Positions 50,330 through 60,268 of a DNA stretch of 64,000 bases are shown in pieces. Positions within the stretch are counted from its first letter, which is position 1. Each line of letters starts with the position of its first letter. The position numbers and the translations under genes are program-made. A model generated the notes under the pieces. The model saw only the letters and a program-made list of their open reading frames with translations. It did no database searches and was not told where the DNA came from. The stretch comes from a virus (taxonomy: Duplodnaviria; Heunggongvirae; Uroviricota; Caudoviricetes), in IMG/VR virus record IMGVR_UViG_3300025682_000004, one strand, 5' to 3'.

Positions 50330-51451
50330 ATGGCACTTATATCAACAACAGAAAAAAATAAACTTTATTTAAAAGTTAAACATGTTTTAGGATATCCATT
50401 AAGACCTTTTGAAATAACTAATGAAATGATGGATTCATATCTTGAAATTGTTATTGAAGATTATTCTTCGTTAGTTAATAATTGGTTAATTAAACAACAA
50501 TGGGTTAGTTTGGAAGGATTAAATAGGGAAAATAGTGATTTTTTGGCTGCATTTACTCATAAATCCAATGCATATATGAAAAGTTTTACATATGCTTATT
50601 CTAAACAATTGGGATTAGGTACAAATGCACCAGGAGCAAAAGGTTGGGAATTAAAAAGAGATTTTATTATAACTGAAGAAAACACACAACACTATTTAAT
50701 ACCTAAAGGTCGTGAAGTTAATGAAGTTTTATGGGAAACACCACCAATTATTGATGGTGGTCTAGTAGACCCATTTGCATTAAATGCTTGGAGTTCTGGA
50801 TTAATGGGTATGTCTTATTTAGGTCGTCCTGCATTATATGTTCAACCAACATTTTCAACATTATTGGCAGCACAAGACCGTAGAATGAAACAAAGAGTAT
50901 TACAATCAATTTTAACATATAGAATTACAGGATTAGAAACTGGTGAAAAATTATTACATTTATATCCAGTACCAAATGATAGATATGAAATTGCAAATAG
51001 TTGGGGAAAACATTATGCTGGTAGAAAAGTATGGTATTGGTATTATGATACAAACAATGGTAAAGATAGAGATAGATGTCTTGAAGAAAATGATGATGTC
51101 GTAAGATTACCATCAGACCCACCAACAAAAGTATTAAAATGGGAAGATATGAATGATGTTGCACAACAACAAATAAGAAATTTATTAATTGCTCAAGTGA
51201 AAATTGTTATTGGTGGTGTTAGAGGATTTTATAGTGGTGAATTGGGTGTTAGTGAAAAACAACTAACAATGGATTATCGTCATTTACTTGAAGAAGGTAC
51301 AAAACTTAAAGAAGACACTGAAAGATTTATTATTGAACAATTGGATAAAATAAGTCAGGTTAATTTAACGGAAGAACGTGCGAAAATTGCAGAAAATGTT
51401 AATAGGGAACGTGGTTTTCAACCTTTACAATATCCTATTATTGTAATTTAA
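50330..51451 (+). CDS. hypothetical virion protein
   Basis: 373-aa ORF. TATAAATA sits immediately at, and overlaps, the ATG. Confidence 0.35.
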   Translation: MALISTTEKNKLYLKVKHVLGYPLRPFEITNEMMDSYLEIVIEDYSSLVNNWLIKQQWVSLEGLNRENSDFLAAFTHKSNAYMKSFTYAYSKQLGLGTNAPGAKGWELKRDFIITEENTQHYLIPKGREVNEVLWETPPIIDGGLVDPFALNAWSSGLMGMSYLGRPALYVQPTFSTLLAAQDRRMKQRVLQSILTYRITGLETGEKLLHLYPVPNDRYEIANSWGKHYAGRKVWYWYYDTNNGKDRDRCLEENDDVVRLPSDPPTKVLKWEDMNDVAQQQIRNLLIAQVKIVIGGVRGFYSGELGVSEKQLTMDYRHLLEEGTKLKEDTERFIIEQLDKISQVNLTEERAKIAENVNRERGFQPLQYPIIVI

Positions 51452-51679
51452 GTTTGAATTTCATATTCCACAATCATAAATATGATAATAATTCAATGAT
51501 GACATTATTTTTCTAAACTTTTTTTTATAAATAATTATCTATTATTATAATTCTCATTACCATATCTTTCTTTTTTTGTTTTTTTCATTTTAATAACATT
51601 TTCCCTATTTTTCATTGGATTGTTTTCACCAAATTTTTTATATTTATCATTTGTATTTATATAAAAGATATTTTTTTAT

Positions 51680-52243
51680 ATGAAAAAAAGAAAACAATTT
51701 ATTGACCTAGAATCAAATCGAATGGGTTTATTTATGAACAATAATTCATTTGATTTGGATATTATGTATGGTAGAAATTATTTACAAACAGATAATGCTC
51801 AAGAAATTATACTATATAAAATAAATGTTATTGAAAGTAAAACACATGACCTTTATGGTCAAGCAAAAGCAAAAGATAAAAAATATTTACCACCAGTAAG
51901 ATTGTCCGTTATGGTTAATGTTGAACAAAGTAAGCAAGAATATTATGGTAATAATCAAAGCGGTATTGTTCGTGATGATACGGGTAGTTTGATTTTTGGT
52001 GTTTATTTAAAAGAATTGGAAGATAAAAAAATTGATATTGATAGGGGCGATATTGTTATGTATAACATGAGTGGTGAAAAAAATAGATTTTATGAAGTTG
52101 AAAATGCTAATAATGTTACCGATGAAACAACTAAAACAATTGGTGGATTTAAACCATATTGGAAACGTGTAACGGCAGTTCCAGTGCGTAGTGATGTTGT
52201 CGCATTATTCGAAGGTGGTGAACATGGAGAATTTAGAGTTTAA
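51680..52243 (+). CDS. hypothetical protein
   Basis: 187-aa ORF with a TATTTATATAAAAG motif 13-26 nt upstream. Confidence 0.3.
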   Translation: MKKRKQFIDLESNRMGLFMNNNSFDLDIMYGRNYLQTDNAQEIILYKINVIESKTHDLYGQAKAKDKKYLPPVRLSVMVNVEQSKQEYYGNNQSGIVRDDTGSLIFGVYLKELEDKKIDIDRGDIVMYNMSGEKNRFYEVENANNVTDETTKTIGGFKPYWKRVTAVPVRSDVVALFEGGEHGEFRV

Positions 52244-52835
52244 TTTTATTTTTTATAAATCTTCTCCAAATAAATGAATAAAATGGTTGCCAATCGTTAA
52301 ACTCAACAATACAAATCTCACCATTTTTTAATGTTTTATTTTCTTTATCATCACAATATTTATATTTTTCAACATCATTCCAATATATTCTATAAAAATC
52401 ATCATCCGTTTCAAAAGAAAGCGAATGATTTAATTTTTCAATATGATTAAAATTTTTTTGAATAAAATTATCTCTACAATCTATTGCAAATAAACTATTA
52501 AATGTTGGTGATGATTTAATAAATAACGAAAAATTATTACCGTAATCTTTTCTTGCTATTAAATTTAGTGCCTTCCAATATGTTCTAGGTAATTCATAAT
52601 CCCATTCTTTTTGTGTTGTGGCATATTCACATATCAATTTCTTTTTTCTATCACCACTAATTTGTATTAATATAATATCGTTTTTATTGTATTGATTTTC
52701 ACATTGAATTTCAAAAAAAATACCACATTTAACAAAAAAAAGTGGCATGTTTTTATTCAAATAATGACACATTATAAATTCATTTTGATGATTAATTTTA
52801 TAATATTCATCAACCGCATTATAATTTTTCCCCAT
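52233..52835 (-). CDS. hypothetical protein
   Basis: 200-aa ORF. Confidence 0.3.
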   Translation of the reverse strand: MGKNYNAVDEYYKINHQNEFIMCHYLNKNMPLFFVKCGIFFEIQCENQYNKNDIILIQISGDRKKKLICEYATTQKEWDYELPRTYWKALNLIARKDYGNNFSLFIKSSPTFNSLFAIDCRDNFIQKNFNHIEKLNHSLSFETDDDFYRIYWNDVEKYKYCDDKENKTLKNGEICIVEFNDWQPFYSFIWRRFIKNKIKL

Positions 52836-53076
52836 TATTTAACAAATGTTTATTCTTAATTTTATTCAATTCTTCTGATAATATTTTGTGTTGGTCTTCT
52901 GATTGAATACCTAAATCATCACCAAATTCAATGAAAATATCAATAACAAATTTAATATATTCTTTTTCTTTATTAGATAAATAAATGCTTTTTTTTATAA
53001 AAAGAAATAATCCTATTGAAAGAAATAGAATTATTAATATTAATAAAATAATTAATATAATGCATATTATTGTCAT
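52819..53076 (-). CDS. small membrane protein
   Basis: 85 aa with an N-terminal strongly hydrophobic 25-residue segment. Confidence 0.3.
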   Translation of the reverse strand: MTIICIILIILLILIILFLSIGLFLFIKKSIYLSNKEKEYIKFVIDIFIEFGDDLGIQSEDQHKILSEELNKIKNKHLLNNGEKL

Positions 53077-53100
53077 TCATTAAATTAATTCAAATTTTAA

Positions 53101-54171
53101 TTACTTTTTTTGGTCTTTAGATAATCCAACAAACAATTCAAAATTTATTTTAGAATGTGATTGATAATTTACCAATTCAAAATCATCAATTGTTAAATTT
53201 GTTATATCTTCAAGTGTGTTTAAATTTTTATTAATTTTCATTTTCGGTAATTCAAAGGGCTTTCTTTTTGTTTGATTTTTAATATTTTCAATATGATTAA
53301 GATAAATATGTGTACATCCACCAATCCATATAGCAACACTTGGAATCATATTACATGCTTTTGCCATTAACATTAATAATAAACTCATTGATGCTAAATT
53401 ATATGGAACACCAAGCGCAACATCACATGAACGTTGATACATGTTTAAATCAAGATAAAATTTGGGTATGTTATTTGTTTCCAATAAATCTAAATTTGTT
53501 TCAAATAACATTTTTGGTAATTTTAATTCTTTTACTGCATATTTAATGCGTTCTTTTTTCGTTAATGGTCTTACAATAAAATGATAAAGTAAATGACAAG
53601 GTGGTAATGCCATGTTATTAAAATCAGATTTATTCCAAGCATTTATAATATGATAACGACTATATGGATTATTTTTTAAACCATCAATAACATCTTTAAC
53701 TTGGTCAATACCATTTTGATTTCTCCATTGATAACCATAAACTTTATCCAAATCACCATATGTATATGTTACATATCTTTCATATGGATGTTCTTTAGTT
53801 GGGTTTGGGTTATTAACTTTTGTTTTTTTTCCTCTTTTTACATTATCAATAAATTCATCAAAAGATATTATAGGTGCGCCTAATTTAACATATTTATCAT
53901 TATACCACCTATAGGCATCATCATTCCATATGTTAACATTATTATTAACTAAATATTTAATATTGGTATCACCACGTAAAAACCATAATAATTCATGTAC
54001 AATACCCTTCCAATACATTTTTTTTGTTGTTAGTAATGGAAATCCGTTTTTCAAATCCATTTTTATAGAACTTTTTGAAATTTCTAAAGTGTTTGGCATA
54101 TTAGCCCTACCACTTTCTTTTTCAACACCATTTTTTAAAATATTATTAACTAAATTTATATATTGTTTCAT
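53101..54171 (-). CDS. thyA: thymidylate synthase (ThyA family) with internal insertion
   Basis: MKQYINLV N-terminus, DGFPLLTTKKMYWKGIVHELLWFLRGDTN, active-site region PPCHLLYHF, and YQRSCDVALGVPYNLASMSLLLMLMA all match ThyA. At 356 aa it is about 90 aa longer than E. coli ThyA. Confidence 0.85.
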   Translation of the reverse strand: MKQYINLVNNILKNGVEKESGRANMPNTLEISKSSIKMDLKNGFPLLTTKKMYWKGIVHELLWFLRGDTNIKYLVNNNVNIWNDDAYRWYNDKYVKLGAPIISFDEFIDNVKRGKKTKVNNPNPTKEHPYERYVTYTYGDLDKVYGYQWRNQNGIDQVKDVIDGLKNNPYSRYHIINAWNKSDFNNMALPPCHLLYHFIVRPLTKKERIKYAVKELKLPKMLFETNLDLLETNNIPKFYLDLNMYQRSCDVALGVPYNLASMSLLLMLMAKACNMIPSVAIWIGGCTHIYLNHIENIKNQTKRKPFELPKMKINKNLNTLEDITNLTIDDFELVNYQSHSKINFELFVGLSKDQKK

Positions 54172-54197
54172 GCTTTTATTTTTTTTGTTTTATGTTT

Positions 54198-54671
54198 TTA
54201 TTTACCCGTACTACCAAAACCACCCCTATCTTTTGAATTTAATTTATCAACTTCAATAAATTCAATTTTATTATCAAAAATCCATTTAAGTTTAGCCCAC
54301 CAAGGTGCTTTCATTGTAGGTCTTATTTCAAACTGACAAATTCTATCACCAGTTGATATTTTTGTTGACCTTAATGCAATAGCACTAAATTTCCAAATAT
54401 CGTTATTACCCGAATAACCATCCGTGTGTTTATCAGGACCGTCAACCACTCCGTAATGATTTCCTTGAATTACACCGAATTTAGAAAAAGTTCCACTTCT
54501 AGGAACAACACTACCCTGATAATATTTTGGTAATTTCATTGATACTCCCAATGGTATTAATGCATGTTCAAATTCATTTAATTCAATATCAATTGATGAT
54601 TTTAAATCAAACCAATTACCATGTGATTCAATTTTACAATTAGGATTATGATATTTGATTAAAATTTTCAT
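54198..54671 (-). CDS. dut: dUTP diphosphatase (dUTPase)
   Basis: VPRSGT (motif II), GVVDG...Y (motif III-like with an insertion), GDRICQFEI (motif IV), DRGGFGSTG (motif V). The start is taken at internal Met 33 of the ORF-track product; the upstream 32 aa look like a spurious extension. Confidence 0.75.
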   Translation of the reverse strand: MKILIKYHNPNCKIESHGNWFDLKSSIDIELNEFEHALIPLGVSMKLPKYYQGSVVPRSGTFSKFGVIQGNHYGVVDGPDKHTDGYSGNNDIWKFSAIALRSTKISTGDRICQFEIRPTMKAPWWAKLKWIFDNKIEFIEVDKLNSKDRGGFGSTGK

Positions 54672-54917
54672 AATTTTATTTATCTTTTGTTTTATAACCT
54701 TTAAGAAAAAACATTTTAAATGGAATAAAAGACTTAATAAAATTATTATTTTTTTCAAAAAATTCACTTCTTTGAAATATTGTTATTATTACAATAAGAT
54801 AATAAACAAATAAAATAATTATAATTCCAAAAATAATTAAACTTATCATGGCTTTATTTTTTTTTTATTAAAATTAAATATTAAAAAATTATTCACTTCC
54901 CTTATTTTATTGTTTGT

Positions 54918-56147
54918 TTATTTGTTTTTATTCAAATCTTCCATCTTTTTCATAACATCCAATCCCATGCTAACACCAATCATATCCATTGGATTTGCAC
55001 CACCTTTACCTTCATTTCCCACAATAATCATTGTTGGTACTTTAATTTTAGCAAGTTCAGTTGCAACACCAACTTTTGTTTTATATTCCCATTCAACACG
55101 TTCTTGTGGTGTAAGTCCTGCGGAAACCTTAAGTCTTGCTGCTTCTGCTTCACCTTGACCCTTTGAAATTAATGCTTTACGTTCTTCTTCTGCTTCTTTT
55201 GCCTTAAACATTGCTACTTTATATGCTTTTTCTGCATTAAGTTCTGCGACTTCTTTTTCTTTCTGTGCAATTGTCACTTGTTTAATTTTATCAACTTCTT
55301 GGTCTGCTTTTTCTTTAGCAATTCGTGTTTCACCTTTGGCTTTTTCTGTAATAGCATCTTGTTGTGCTTTTTGTGCATCCTTTCTTGAATCAATTAATGC
55401 TATTAATTTATCATCAAAATCCATATCCTTAATATTAAATTGTGGTAAAGTGATATCATATTTACCAAGCAACGATTCTTTCATTATTATAGGTTTTCCT
55501 GTAGTATCTCTATTTACACTATAATGTTTAATTTCTTGATTTTGACCTGCTGAATTTGTAATAAATTCACTTCTTACTTTAGATTCATATAAACCAAATA
55601 ATGCTTGTTCTTTCGATAATCGAATAAATTCAGAACGTTTATTGGAATATGCTTCTTCAGCAGACATTAATGTGGCAGTATTTTTTAATGCTTCCGTAAT
55701 TTGTTGTTTAATCATATACTGAAGATTAGAATTATTACCATATTTAATATGAAGTTCAATTTGAATTTCTGGAACTAATGGTATTTCATATAAACCAACA
55801 AAATCAATATCGGCATAACCATTCGGAAATAGTACACGTTCAGGTTTAATTTCTCTATTAGTAAGACTTTTATCACCCTTTTCTTTACTTAATATTACAT
55901 CATCAGTAATTCGATATGTAGTAATTTTTCCAAAATTTTGCATATAAGTACCAGGTGTATTTCTAACACTCAACTTACCACTAATTAATGATTGTTTAAC
56001 TTGATAATATCCTGCATTGTTTGTTTCAAATAGTTTAAAAATTGCAATAAGAATTAATGCAGAAATTACAACAAGTGATGTAATCATCATAATTGAACGA
56101 GATTTCATAGCGTTCATTTTTGTTTGATTTTCATTTCTTCTTTCCAT
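54918..56147 (-). CDS. SPFH/band-7 (HflK/C-prohibitin-like) membrane protein
   Basis: N-terminal TM helix IMMITSLVVISALILIAIF, an SPFH-like core, then a long Ala/Glu/Lys coiled-coil (EKAKGETRIAKEKADQEVDKIKQ...). Confidence 0.6.
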   Translation of the reverse strand: MERRNENQTKMNAMKSRSIMMITSLVVISALILIAIFKLFETNNAGYYQVKQSLISGKLSVRNTPGTYMQNFGKITTYRITDDVILSKEKGDKSLTNREIKPERVLFPNGYADIDFVGLYEIPLVPEIQIELHIKYGNNSNLQYMIKQQITEALKNTATLMSAEEAYSNKRSEFIRLSKEQALFGLYESKVRSEFITNSAGQNQEIKHYSVNRDTTGKPIIMKESLLGKYDITLPQFNIKDMDFDDKLIALIDSRKDAQKAQQDAITEKAKGETRIAKEKADQEVDKIKQVTIAQKEKEVAELNAEKAYKVAMFKAKEAEEERKALISKGQGEAEAARLKVSAGLTPQERVEWEYKTKVGVATELAKIKVPTMIIVGNEGKGGANPMDMIGVSMGLDVMKKMEDLNKNK

Positions 56148-56166
56148 TTCTTTATAATTTTAATAG

Positions 56167-56472
56167 TTAAAAATTTTTTGTTAAATTATCTAAATTATTA
56201 AAAATTTCATTTATTTTATTTTCAGTAATATCTTCATTATTTAAACGTTCAAAATATTCATTATCAATATCTTCATTAAACTTTATCAGTTCATCTATCT
56301 TTGATAATGCAAATTTTGCTTGTGTACCATTGTCTATTATAATTTTTCTATCTTTAAATTTTGAATCACTTGATGGTAATTTATAATTTTCTTCATCGGA
56401 ATAAAATTCAAGTATTTTCTTAACTAAAAGAAATAAATTATCATATTGTTCAATTGTGATATTATTCATCAT
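56167..56472 (-). CDS. hypothetical protein
   Basis: 101-aa ORF. Confidence 0.3.
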   Translation of the reverse strand: MMNNITIEQYDNLFLLVKKILEFYSDEENYKLPSSDSKFKDRKIIIDNGTQAKFALSKIDELIKFNEDIDNEYFERLNNEDITENKINEIFNNLDNLTKNF

Positions 56473-56806
56473 CCAAAATTTGATTATTTTTTTTCCATTC
56501 TGAAATTATTTTTTTTATTTCATCAATTTCATTGGGATATAGTTTATACTCTTTATATGTTGGATATTTTTCATTATTTCTTATATTACTATGAAAATAT
56601 TTTCCTTGGGATTCTGCATTTTCAAAATCATCATAAATTTCTTGGGTTATGTTTAAATATGAATATGTATTTCCTTTATTAAAGACAATATAAAGTTTTT
56701 CACTTTTGGGAAAATATGTACTTTTTAATATATTTTGTGAATTATATATTGCATCAACATATCCAATTTCATTATTTTCTATATGTACCTTTTTTTCAAC
56801 TAACAT
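56462..56806 (-). CDS. KTSC-domain-like protein
   Basis: LYIVFNKGNTYSYLNITQEIYDDFENAESQGKYFHSNI matches the KTSC pattern (Y.Y..V...F..A.SKG.YF...I). Confidence 0.45.
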   Translation of the reverse strand: MLVEKKVHIENNEIGYVDAIYNSQNILKSTYFPKSEKLYIVFNKGNTYSYLNITQEIYDDFENAESQGKYFHSNIRNNEKYPTYKEYKLYPNEIDEIKKIISEWKKNNQILDDE

Positions 56807-56946
56807 GTTTTATTTTTTTTATACAAAGATATTTTTAATTTTATAAAAAACAAAATTTCAAAAAAATTTACATTAATATTATATAAATCCAATAAACATA
56901 TAACCATTATTAATAAAAAAATAAGTATTTATAAAAAAAACTAATA

Positions 56947-57711
56947 ATGGCACTTCCAAAAAAAAATAAAACAAAACTTGATATTCGACCACCAAAAATT
57001 GGTAGTGAATACCTTAAATATGGTATGGATAGAATTGAAGAATTGATGAATGCTACCGATATTAAAACGAATTATTTACCAAGAACAATTCTTTTAGAAG
57101 ATATGGATAGGGGTATATTTAACCATATCAATTCAAAAAATCTTAAAATTGTGATTGATGGTAAAATAGTTCCCACATTCTATTTGGATAATGACAGATG
57201 GGGTGAATATAGTAAAACTTGGAAGTTTGTTGACGATGATAAAAACGTACCAACACCATATGTAACCATTAGAAGAATTAATAAAGAAATTGGTACTAGA
57301 TTGGGTAATAAATATTTAGTGCCACAACTTCGTAAATTTAAGTATATGGATGTTCCAATACTTGATGAAGGAGAAGTAATCTATTTAAGATTTAAAATGC
57401 CAGAACCCGTTAATGTTGATTTAACATATGAAGTTGTTTTATTCACCAAATATCGTGTTGATGTTAATCAGTATGATGAACAGGTGTTAAGAAATTTTGC
57501 ATCACGTCAAGACTATATCCATATTAATGGTAATCCTTTACCTTTACTTTTTGAAGGATTTACTGAATCAAACCCAATTGAAAATATTGATGGTGATAGA
57601 TATTTTGTTTCTAAATACACATTAAAACTATTGGGCTATATTCGTGATGAAAAGGATTATGAAATTGTAAAAACCACAAGAAAACCAAGATTTACAACAA
57701 CAATTATATAA
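56947..57711 (+). CDS. hypothetical virion protein
   Basis: 254-aa ORF with a TATTTATAAAAAAAA motif upstream. Confidence 0.35.
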   Translation: MALPKKNKTKLDIRPPKIGSEYLKYGMDRIEELMNATDIKTNYLPRTILLEDMDRGIFNHINSKNLKIVIDGKIVPTFYLDNDRWGEYSKTWKFVDDDKNVPTPYVTIRRINKEIGTRLGNKYLVPQLRKFKYMDVPILDEGEVIYLRFKMPEPVNVDLTYEVVLFTKYRVDVNQYDEQVLRNFASRQDYIHINGNPLPLLFEGFTESNPIENIDGDRYFVSKYTLKLLGYIRDEKDYEIVKTTRKPRFTTTII

Positions 57712-57715
57712 TACA

Positions 57716-58531
57716 CTATTGTTCATTAGTATATGTTCCAGTATTAGGATTAAATTTATTCCCACCTTCTGGATATTTTTGTTGAATATAGTTAGTTTTA
57801 TTAAATGTATTATTAATTTTATCAACATATTGTGATTTTGGTAATTCATAGGCTTTAAATTCAGATAAAATTGGTGGTTGTGGTTTAAAGTACCATGTTT
57901 TTTCTTTTTTATTAAAAATAACATCAAAATACATTATTTCTTCAGTATTATTAATCAACTGATTATTATATTTTGCATAATTATAAAATAATGATAAAAT
58001 ACCCGTTTCTGCATTATAGAAACTTAACTTTAAAAAACAACCAAATTCGTTTTTTTCTTGTTTATTTATATATGATATTGGAACATCAAAAAAAGATAGT
58101 TGTGTATCTTTTGTTGTTGTTATTATATATTTCGGTTTATTATCATTAGCATAGTCAATAAATTTTGTGAAATATGTTCTAAAAATTTTATTTTGTGTGT
58201 TGGAATTAAAACTATCATAAAAATCAAATATAAAAAAACTATTTTGAATAAATTTTGTTTTATATGTCACAAACATTTTATTTTCAAAAGGAAATTCGTT
58301 GTAGTGTGATGTTTTACCTTTGAAATAAAAATAAAATATTTGAGAACCACCAACATTAGATTTTTTAAATCTACAGACTTCTTCATCAATAATTGGATTA
58401 ATTAAAGAATTACCTACATTTTCAACTAAATTATTCAATGAATTAATAATAATATCATTTTTAGAATTTAATTGAAAATTTATATTTAAATCTTTTCCTG
58501 AAAATTTTAATCTTTTTTTATTTATAAGCAT
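57716..58531 (-). CDS. hypothetical protein
   Basis: 271-aa ORF overlapping the start of the next gene. Confidence 0.3.
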   Translation of the reverse strand: MLINKKRLKFSGKDLNINFQLNSKNDIIINSLNNLVENVGNSLINPIIDEEVCRFKKSNVGGSQIFYFYFKGKTSHYNEFPFENKMFVTYKTKFIQNSFFIFDFYDSFNSNTQNKIFRTYFTKFIDYANDNKPKYIITTTKDTQLSFFDVPISYINKQEKNEFGCFLKLSFYNAETGILSLFYNYAKYNNQLINNTEEIMYFDVIFNKKEKTWYFKPQPPILSEFKAYELPKSQYVDKINNTFNKTNYIQQKYPEGGNKFNPNTGTYTNEQ

Positions 58532-60159
58532 GGTTTTCCAATATCATCTAAATTATTTTTTGGTTTAATTGAAGTAATTTCACCGTTTTTTGTATACCAA
58601 AGTTCATCAAATATATTTTTTGTTGTAATATCATTTAAATCGGGTGTAACTGAAAATATTGTTGGTGTAAAAATATAATGATTATCATTTAAAAACGGAT
58701 GGTCTACACCAATATTCGTTAATGGTTCAAAATAACCTTCTGGTAAAATTTCTCTCCAAATATATGTATTATTATTCAAAATATCAATTGCATGTTTTGG
58801 TATTTGTTCAATATTTTCATATATACTATCATTAGAACTAATACTATAAACATCACTGCTTAAATATCTTAATCTTATCGGTATAAATGGATTATATTTC
58901 CAAACTAATCTTATTTTTAAATTATCTTCATTATAATGAAAAGTATATATATTGAATTTTTGTTCTAACAATAATTCTTGATTATAATTTTTTTTATCAT
59001 ATTTAACAATATCAGAAATATATTCATTTTCATTATTAGTAACATAATCACCAATTGATAATAATTTACTGTTTAAAATTTTCATTTCATATTCATCATC
59101 TTCTTCATCATACATCCAAGTGCAAAATTTTAACAATTCTGAATCATTATTACCATTATTTGATTCTATATATTTAGCATATAAATATAATTCAGTTATT
59201 GGGTATTCATCATCTTTTGCAAAATCAGAAAGTTTAATTGTTTTATCAATATCCCAATAATAAATTTGTTCGTTATATACATTTTTTGAAAAACCAGCAT
59301 TATGAATAGTAAAATCGTTAGGCGTTGCTAATACTTTAAATTTTCTTTTAATATTTTGAGAATCATTGTATAATTCAATTTTTATATAGTCTAAATAAAC
59401 TTTTAGGGAATTACCTTTTACTATAATAACTATTTTACGTATAGGATTTTCATTGTCAATATCACAAGTATATGTTTTTTCACCATCTTCTGTAAGAGAA
59501 ACATTAAAATCTTTATAATTATCATCATCAAATTTTAATAAAACCCTAAAACTATCATTTTCAACATTACCATATACAGTTGTTTTAGTTTTAAAAACCA
59601 AAGTACCATAGGATTCTATTATGTTTTTTGTCATTTGAATCGTACCATTTTGTAACATACCACTAGGATGTACTATTAATTCTGCTTGATTTGCTAATGT
59701 TTGTGACATATAAGAATCTCCCTTAACAATAACATCCCATCCTCTTGGATAATCCGTTGGTTCTGATATTACCCAATCATCAAAATTTTCATCAATTAAT
59801 ATTTTTGGCTGTTCTTCTACTTCATCTAAATTTAATTCTGGTTTAACTAAATAAAAATCAAATGAATTTAAAATATTTTTAGAATTATTTTCACTTGGTT
59901 TAAAAAAATCCTTTAATTCATTATAACCAAATTTGAGGTTATTTAATAGCGAAATCCATTCAAATTTACCATAAAATCTATAATTATCACTATTTTCTCT
60001 TTCTTTTATATATTGTTCACTAGAACTAATAGTTTTATGAACATCATATTCAACAATTTCAGATATTTCATTCGTTAATGATATATTATCATGCAAATCA
60101 GTATTTGTAGAATCTATATTTTTTTTATCACCCAATAATATTTTTACCTGTTTATCCAT
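58522..60159 (-). CDS. large structural protein, paralog A (tail fiber/baseplate-type candidate)
   Basis: 545 aa. Shares blocks with ORF 62491-63828: YRFYGKFEWISLLNNLKFGY ~ YRIYGRIDYVSMLNGLKLDY; NSFDFYLVKP ~ NSFKFYVVKP; VWKYNPFIPIRLRYLSSD ~ VWKYNPLIPLRLRYLSND. TATTTATATAAA motif upstream. Confidence 0.4.
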   Translation of the reverse strand: MDKQVKILLGDKKNIDSTNTDLHDNISLTNEISEIVEYDVHKTISSSEQYIKERENSDNYRFYGKFEWISLLNNLKFGYNELKDFFKPSENNSKNILNSFDFYLVKPELNLDEVEEQPKILIDENFDDWVISEPTDYPRGWDVIVKGDSYMSQTLANQAELIVHPSGMLQNGTIQMTKNIIESYGTLVFKTKTTVYGNVENDSFRVLLKFDDDNYKDFNVSLTEDGEKTYTCDIDNENPIRKIVIIVKGNSLKVYLDYIKIELYNDSQNIKRKFKVLATPNDFTIHNAGFSKNVYNEQIYYWDIDKTIKLSDFAKDDEYPITELYLYAKYIESNNGNNDSELLKFCTWMYDEEDDEYEMKILNSKLLSIGDYVTNNENEYISDIVKYDKKNYNQELLLEQKFNIYTFHYNEDNLKIRLVWKYNPFIPIRLRYLSSDVYSISSNDSIYENIEQIPKHAIDILNNNTYIWREILPEGYFEPLTNIGVDHPFLNDNHYIFTPTIFSVTPDLNDITTKNIFDELWYTKNGEITSIKPKNNLDDIGKPCL

Positions 60160-60268
60160 AAAACACTTTCTGTTTATATAAATAGTTATTAAAATAATAT
60201 AATATTTTGTAACATTTTTTTACTATTTTCGTATCACTAAATAAACTAACAAAAAAATATTTAAAGCC

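Noticed and set aside
50323-50330. Exact T4 late-promoter octamer TATAAATA
   Set aside because: It overlaps the ATG of ORF 50330 (TATAAATATG), leaving no space for a transcript start and ribosome-binding site. It is probably a chance match in 75% AT DNA.
50330-51451. Portal protein (gp20-like) call for the 373-aa ORF
   Set aside because: Only a short YRIT-containing segment resembled gp20. The size is far below T4-type portals, which is insufficient evidence.
54672-54767. 32-aa hydrophobic N-terminal extension on the dUTPase ORF
   Set aside because: All dUTPase motifs begin after internal Met 33 (MKILIKY). The extension is not part of the family fold and would overlap the intergenic region.
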